Positions 58,821 through 64,000 of a stretch of DNA of 64,000 nt are shown here, one piece after another; positions within the stretch are counted from its first letter, which is position 1; each line of letters starts with the position of its first letter. The stretch is from the NCBI RefSeq assembly GCF_052425735.1, contig NC_135761.1:24180001-24244000 (forward strand), read 5' to 3'. This DNA comes from Oculina patagonica. Lineage: Eukaryota. The translations under genes and the position numbers were made by a program. The notes beneath the pieces were generated by a model. That model ran no database searches. It was not told the origin of the DNA and saw nothing but the letters and a program-made list of their open reading frames with translations.

Positions 58821-61800
58821 GAGGCAGTCGCCATAATTCCGGTCTGCCGATTTTCGGATCAGTAACACAATTGCCTTCAAACTTTGCCCACGAGTCTATC
58901 TTAATTCAAACGCAAATGAAATCACCCTATTTTGCAAATATCGCAAAATAATTTTTTATGAATTTTTCGATTGGACCGCGACTGGCCTTTAGCAATGGCG
59001 ACAAGTGAAAAATAGGAAATGTCGATCACGCTCAAAATTATAAATTATTAGGAATTGTTATACCTTTCCTGGATAAATTGGACCTTTATTTGTACAAAGC
59101 ACACAATTCGGTTCGTCTAAAAAAACTTACAATACGAAATTTTTTTGTTTGCAGCCTACTTCGCCATAAACGCCAACAGCTCAAAAATGCACTTTTCACG
59201 GCCAGCGCAGTCCATACTTCCGCGTATTTATCCATACAACAAAAAGAAGTCAAAGAGCATAGAAATGTAAAAATATTTGTGTTTAGGAATTTTAGCGCAG
59301 CCATGCAGCAACTTTGCTGTTGTTGCGAGCATTATTACAGACACAAGAAAGTCGCTCACGGAAACGAATTAGCATGAATAACACAATATTTCGCAACGTC
59401 CTAGCTTTAACAAAACTTTGAAATAACAGCGACAGAACAAACATCATTTAAGACCCGAAAACCTCACCAGCTAGTCAAAAATATATATATACTGTCGCCT
59501 ACCTGCAAGACAACCGCACAAGGTCAAGTCCGCCATTAATTAGATTTCGCATTCCTTCTAGTTTTCGTCGAGCATAGTATCGCAGAAAGTTGAACCAGCC
59601 CATAAAACACGCACAAACATTCCGAATATGAACAAATGAAGGAGTACACGTACCGAACACAAGACGGCATTTCCAATTAAAACCACGTGCCCCAGAGTTT
59701 CACGCTCGATAGTACATGATAAGCATAGTTTTAGCTCCGTCCGTTTTTTTCTTCACTCAAATACAAAAAACTACTAGTAAAATATATTTCTTATTGTAAA
59801 AATAGTAAGATAAGATAAGGGAGACAGGAAGAAAAAAGCAGAAACAAGAAGGTCTCTTAGTTCCTGCCCCCTGGTGGGGGAAGGGCCGGAAGAAAAAAGA
59901 AGAAACAAAAAGAGGCCTATAAAAACCCGCCGCCATCCAGCACAGTCCTACTTTATCTTTTTTTGAGTTTTCACATTTTCTAACAAAATGGAGGAGTTGT
60001 GCTTTCTGTCATACACTTCGAAGTACAAAGGTAGTTTGTATTCAAGGGGATACCGAGCCCGTTCGCTGGAGATGTAATGATTCCGTAGTCAGGCCCGTAG
60101 CTGTTTTTGCCCGGGTAGGTTCGTTTTCTCTTAAAGCGGACCAAAAGTTAGATGATTCTATTTTTTCTCTTTTCACTTTAGCAGTGCACAAAAATGCTAT
60201 CAGGGGCGTTCAAAGCCAGCTTGAAGAGCTGAGACTAAAGGGCGCGCGGAAGGGAGAGTAGGGATGGAAAGACCTGGTTACTGGCCCGTAAGGGCCGCCG
60301 TTTCAGGATCAAAGGGGGTACAGGGATTTTTTTCTTTAGGGTTTTCTTTTTTGGAAGCACAAAATCTAAGATTTCACAACAGAGGATTCACTTAGTATTT
60401 TCACTCATTCCTATATAAACGAGCTTTTCATTAACGCCACATAACATTGTACGTGTTTGCATTGGTCCGGAGCCAGTTTTCACTTGCGCGATGAGCCTTG
60501 ATCTCACGCGAAAGGGTAGAGATATGTGATCCGTTGCCACTAGATATTGCCTTTCATTTTAACTTGAATAAAGCTCCAGCCTGAACTGAAAAAATACGAT
60601 GCTGAACAATTTGTATGCCCTAGAGTACTAGCCTATATGCTGGCCAAGCCATTACCACCGATACGTATCAGAGTTAATTGTCTACGGGGTGTAAGTGAGC
60701 TAAACAGCCTACTTTCATTCGCGTCAAGGTGCACAGGGGTATATAGTGGATGCATAGAAGAGCAAGGTTAGACAAGCGACTTTCCCCATCGATGCTCGCA
60801 TCAGTTGCTACAGCAGCAGAGTCGAGTTTAAAAATGAGATGCAACTAGAATAATTTTTTAACGTTGCTTAAGCCTACCCTTCCGACTCAGATTTTGAAAT
60901 TTGTTAAACGGGCTGTAATATAATATATTCAAATCAGTGGAAAATAGAGATGCAGTTTGTCACGATCTGCTTGTTCTAGTTGAAAACTGAAAAAGAGGGG
61001 AATACAGGTGAAAGGTTTACTAGTTTATTATGTTATTTGAAAATAAATTCACTCCTGAATACAAATAACGTCATATTCTACGGGCTGATAGTTACCATAC
61101 TGAGATTTTATTTTTTTATCTAAGTGGAACATGTAATAGCATCTAAGCTAAGCATTTTCCCTTTTAAATAAATATGTTTGTATTTTGGAGAAAGTGGACT
61201 CCGGGATCCGTCACCGACCCCGGGGCAGTAGCTGGGGCCAGCCTAACAGCCCTAGGGAGCCCTGGGTCAGCTGTTGAATTGCAATCCGGCTGGGGGGGGG
61301 GGGGTGGCTAAAGTCAGGTTTTTGGTTTTTTCTGCAAAGATTTGCTTGGAAATGTGGTCAGGACTGCTCCTGGCTTTTGTTTTTGGAGGGCTGGCTCAGA
61401 AGCCTTGAGACCTCTGAGAGCTCAGCTGTGACCGGGCATGGGAAGGCTTCCTAGCAGTGCCCCTGGGCTCTCTGAAATCCACAGGGGGAAGGGAGGGGAG
61501 GGCTAAGAGAGTTGTGGCCCCAGGCAGTTCCTGGGGCCTTGTTTTCTTAAATCAGGACAGATATTGTATTGTATTTGACGCGGGAAATTTGACGGAACAC
61601 GAACTTTTTTGGCCAGAGCCGGGTTTTTGAATTGCCTCCTTCAAAGGCAAGTAAAATGTTTATATGTCCTAAGCATCGTCATCACTTGGGGAATATGGAA
61701 AAGGAGGCCATGCCAGTATCCAACCCACCGCGGTTGTAAGAAAGCCATCAAAAGAGAGATGTTATAAATGTTCGGATGCCAAAGGAGATTATAAACTCCA

Positions 61801-63689
61801 TGGAGTGGTTGTCCCGATTTGATCAGGTTGGTAAACCTTGTTCACATTACATTCATATAAACGTGACAGAGATTTTGTTTTTTGCCTCTGTACTCGCTCG
61901 CCTCGCGTAAAAAAGAGACATTATACAGAACACTCAGTTTCAGTATTTTCTTGTTAAGGAACAATGTGTGCCACACAGTAAACACACCACATATCAAATA
62001 AACATTTTTAACCATTTCTGATGTAAATAGAGCTTAAACAACTGCAATTTACAGTGAAGTTTCCCTTCATGCGCGAGCGACCTAAACCCCCCCCCCCCCC
62101 CAACACACACACGTGCACACACAACCGGAAGTGGTCGAAATCAGAAAATCAAAACAACCTACGTAGAAACTCTACGTTATCACCTGCTCAATATAAACTC
62201 ACCAAAATGTGCACACGAGAAGCACAACATAGGCTCCGGAAGCGTGAAACAATATTTAAAATTTTTAAATATTATTTTTCAGTTGGCACACGTGTTAATT
62301 AGATTGCGTGACACAACTTTCAAATCAACGTTCGCGTTCAACCGATGTATTGTGTTCGGTTATTTCTTCGGTTGTGCTGCCCGCTACTTTCCTTCATTTG
62401 TTCATATTATCGGAATATATGTTTGTGCAAAGTTTTTATGGGCAATGTTTCAATTCGAAACTTTCAGCGAATACTATGCTCGACGAAAACTAGAAAGGAA
62501 TGCGAAATCTAATTACATGGCGGACTTGACCTTGTGCGGTTGTCTTGCAGGTAGGCGACAGTATATATATTTTTGACTAGCTGGTGAGGTTTTCCCGGGG
62601 GGGGGGGTACTCAAAAAAGTTTTGTCGGGGAGGCTCCGCCCCGAGCTCTTACCCCTTACCCTTTTATATACCATTTTGCCAGAAATTGTACCCCTTTCGT
62701 ATACCTTTTATGAAAAAAGGTACCCCTTTCATATACCTGAAAGTATGGTATAGGCTTAAAACATGACGTTTTCTTGTCATTTTCATTAGCGCTTAATAAA
62801 TTGAAATAATACAGCCATAAATTGCATCTGTTCAAAATATTTTAATTAAAGGCCCTTTCGAAAACCTAAATGACCGATTTCCATACCCTTTCGTATACCT
62901 AAACTTTTGAAATTCCTACCCTTTTATATACCTGAAGACTGAAAAAGGTACCCCTTTCGGGCGGAGCCTCCCCGTATAGGCCATTATAGGGAGTACCCCC
63001 CCGGGGAGGTTTTCGGGTCTTAAATGATTTTTGTTGTGTCAGCTTTATTTCAAAGTTTTGTTAAGCTGGGACGTTTGCGAAATATGTTTATTATAATGTT
63101 TCACGTGACGACTTTCTTGTGTCAATGTAAATAAACATGCTCGCAACAACAGCAAAGTTGCTGCCTGGCTGCGCTAAAAATTCGCTTAAACCACAACATA
63201 TTTTTACATTTCTATGCTCTTTGACTTCTTTTTAGTTGGTATGGATATAAATATTACGCGGAAGTAGTTGGACTTTTGCGCAATGGCCCGTTGAAAATGT
63301 GCATTTTTGAGCTGTTGGCGTTTATGGCGAAGTAGGCTGCAAACAAAAAATTATTTCGTATTGTAAGTTTCTTTTAAACGAACCGAAATTTGTGCTTTGT
63401 ACAAATAAAGGTCCAATTTAATCCAGGAAAAGTAAAACAATGCCTAATATTTTATAATTTTGACGCGGTGAACTCGACAATTTTCCTATTTTTCACTTGT
63501 CGCCATTGCTAAAAATAGGCCAGTCGCGGTCCAATCGAAAAAAATTCATAAAAAAATTATTTTGCGATATTTGCAAAAACTAGGGTGATTTCATTTGCGT
63601 TTGAATTAAGATAGACTCGTGGGCAAAGTTTGAAGGCAATTGTGTTACTGATCCGAAAATCGGCAGACCGGAATTATGGCGACTGCCTC
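58821..63689. mobile_element. 4.9-kb non-autonomous Kolobok-like element with ~0.85-kb inverted arms in MCT intron 1
   Basis: TTAA|GAGGCAGTCGCCATAATTCCGG...CCGGAATTATGGCGACTGCCTC|TTAA; absent from the paralogous intron at ~50690. Confidence 0.88.
62594..63005. mobile_element. MITE nested in the right arm of the 4.9-kb element
   Basis: CCCGGGGGG..GTACTC / GAGTACCCCCCCGGG; 8-bp TSD GAGGTTTT; the left arm shows the empty site at ~59460. Confidence 0.85.
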
Positions 63690-64000
63690 TTAATTGTTAA
63701 AACTGAAGGCTAATCCGTCAACACGTTCATACATTAATTTGCAGTCTGTGTCCCGGCTATTGCTTGATTTTGGATTAATAGCCGTTTTTTCCCAACATAC
63801 CCGAAAGTTCCGTAAGTGACGACCATCAGTCCCTTGCGGATTTTATACTGAATAGGCCTTTTTTCTGGCTTCGGCTATGTTCGAAGGATCTCGAGTTCTC
63901 CTTTCGTGAGGTTTTATTTTGGGATAGGTATTAAAATGGGGCGTGTGCCTTTTATTAGCCGTTCGGTCTTGCTATAATCAAACTGACCTAATAATGTCAA

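Overview
AT-rich eukaryotic genomic DNA with spliceosomal GT-AG introns. The repeat families and gene set look like an anthozoan, probably a stony coral (inference). The window has three parts. (1) 1-39 kb: a tandem, segmentally duplicated array of intronless STK35/PDIK1L-like Ser/Thr kinases, all on the minus strand. It holds 3 intact full-length ORFs ending in a CC/CCF tail, 1 tail-less ORF, 1 partial copy at the window edge and several pseudogenes. These fall into two sequence types and are interleaved with two convergent LicD/fukutin-family genes, one of which is frameshifted. (2) 9.6-15.6 kb: a ~6 kb P-element-like transposon with two convergent spliced genes. One is a THAP-DDE transposase that lacks the usual P-transposase C-terminal domain. 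The other is a C2H2 zinc-finger protein that carries motifs of exactly that domain, so the transposase appears split in two, and each gene sits behind a mirror-image promoter-like module. (3) 44.6-64 kb: two paralogous five-exon SLC16/monocarboxylate-transporter genes, with exon 1 of the second beyond the window end. Intergenic and intronic DNA is dense with non-autonomous transposons: two ~5 kb TTAA-flanked giant-TIR elements, a Helentron-like element with nested insertions, a truncated CR1/L2 LINE, a tRNA-derived SINE and many MITEs. Several have target-site duplications (TSDs) confirmed by empty paralogous sites within the window. All coordinates and translations were derived by eye; no database searches were run.
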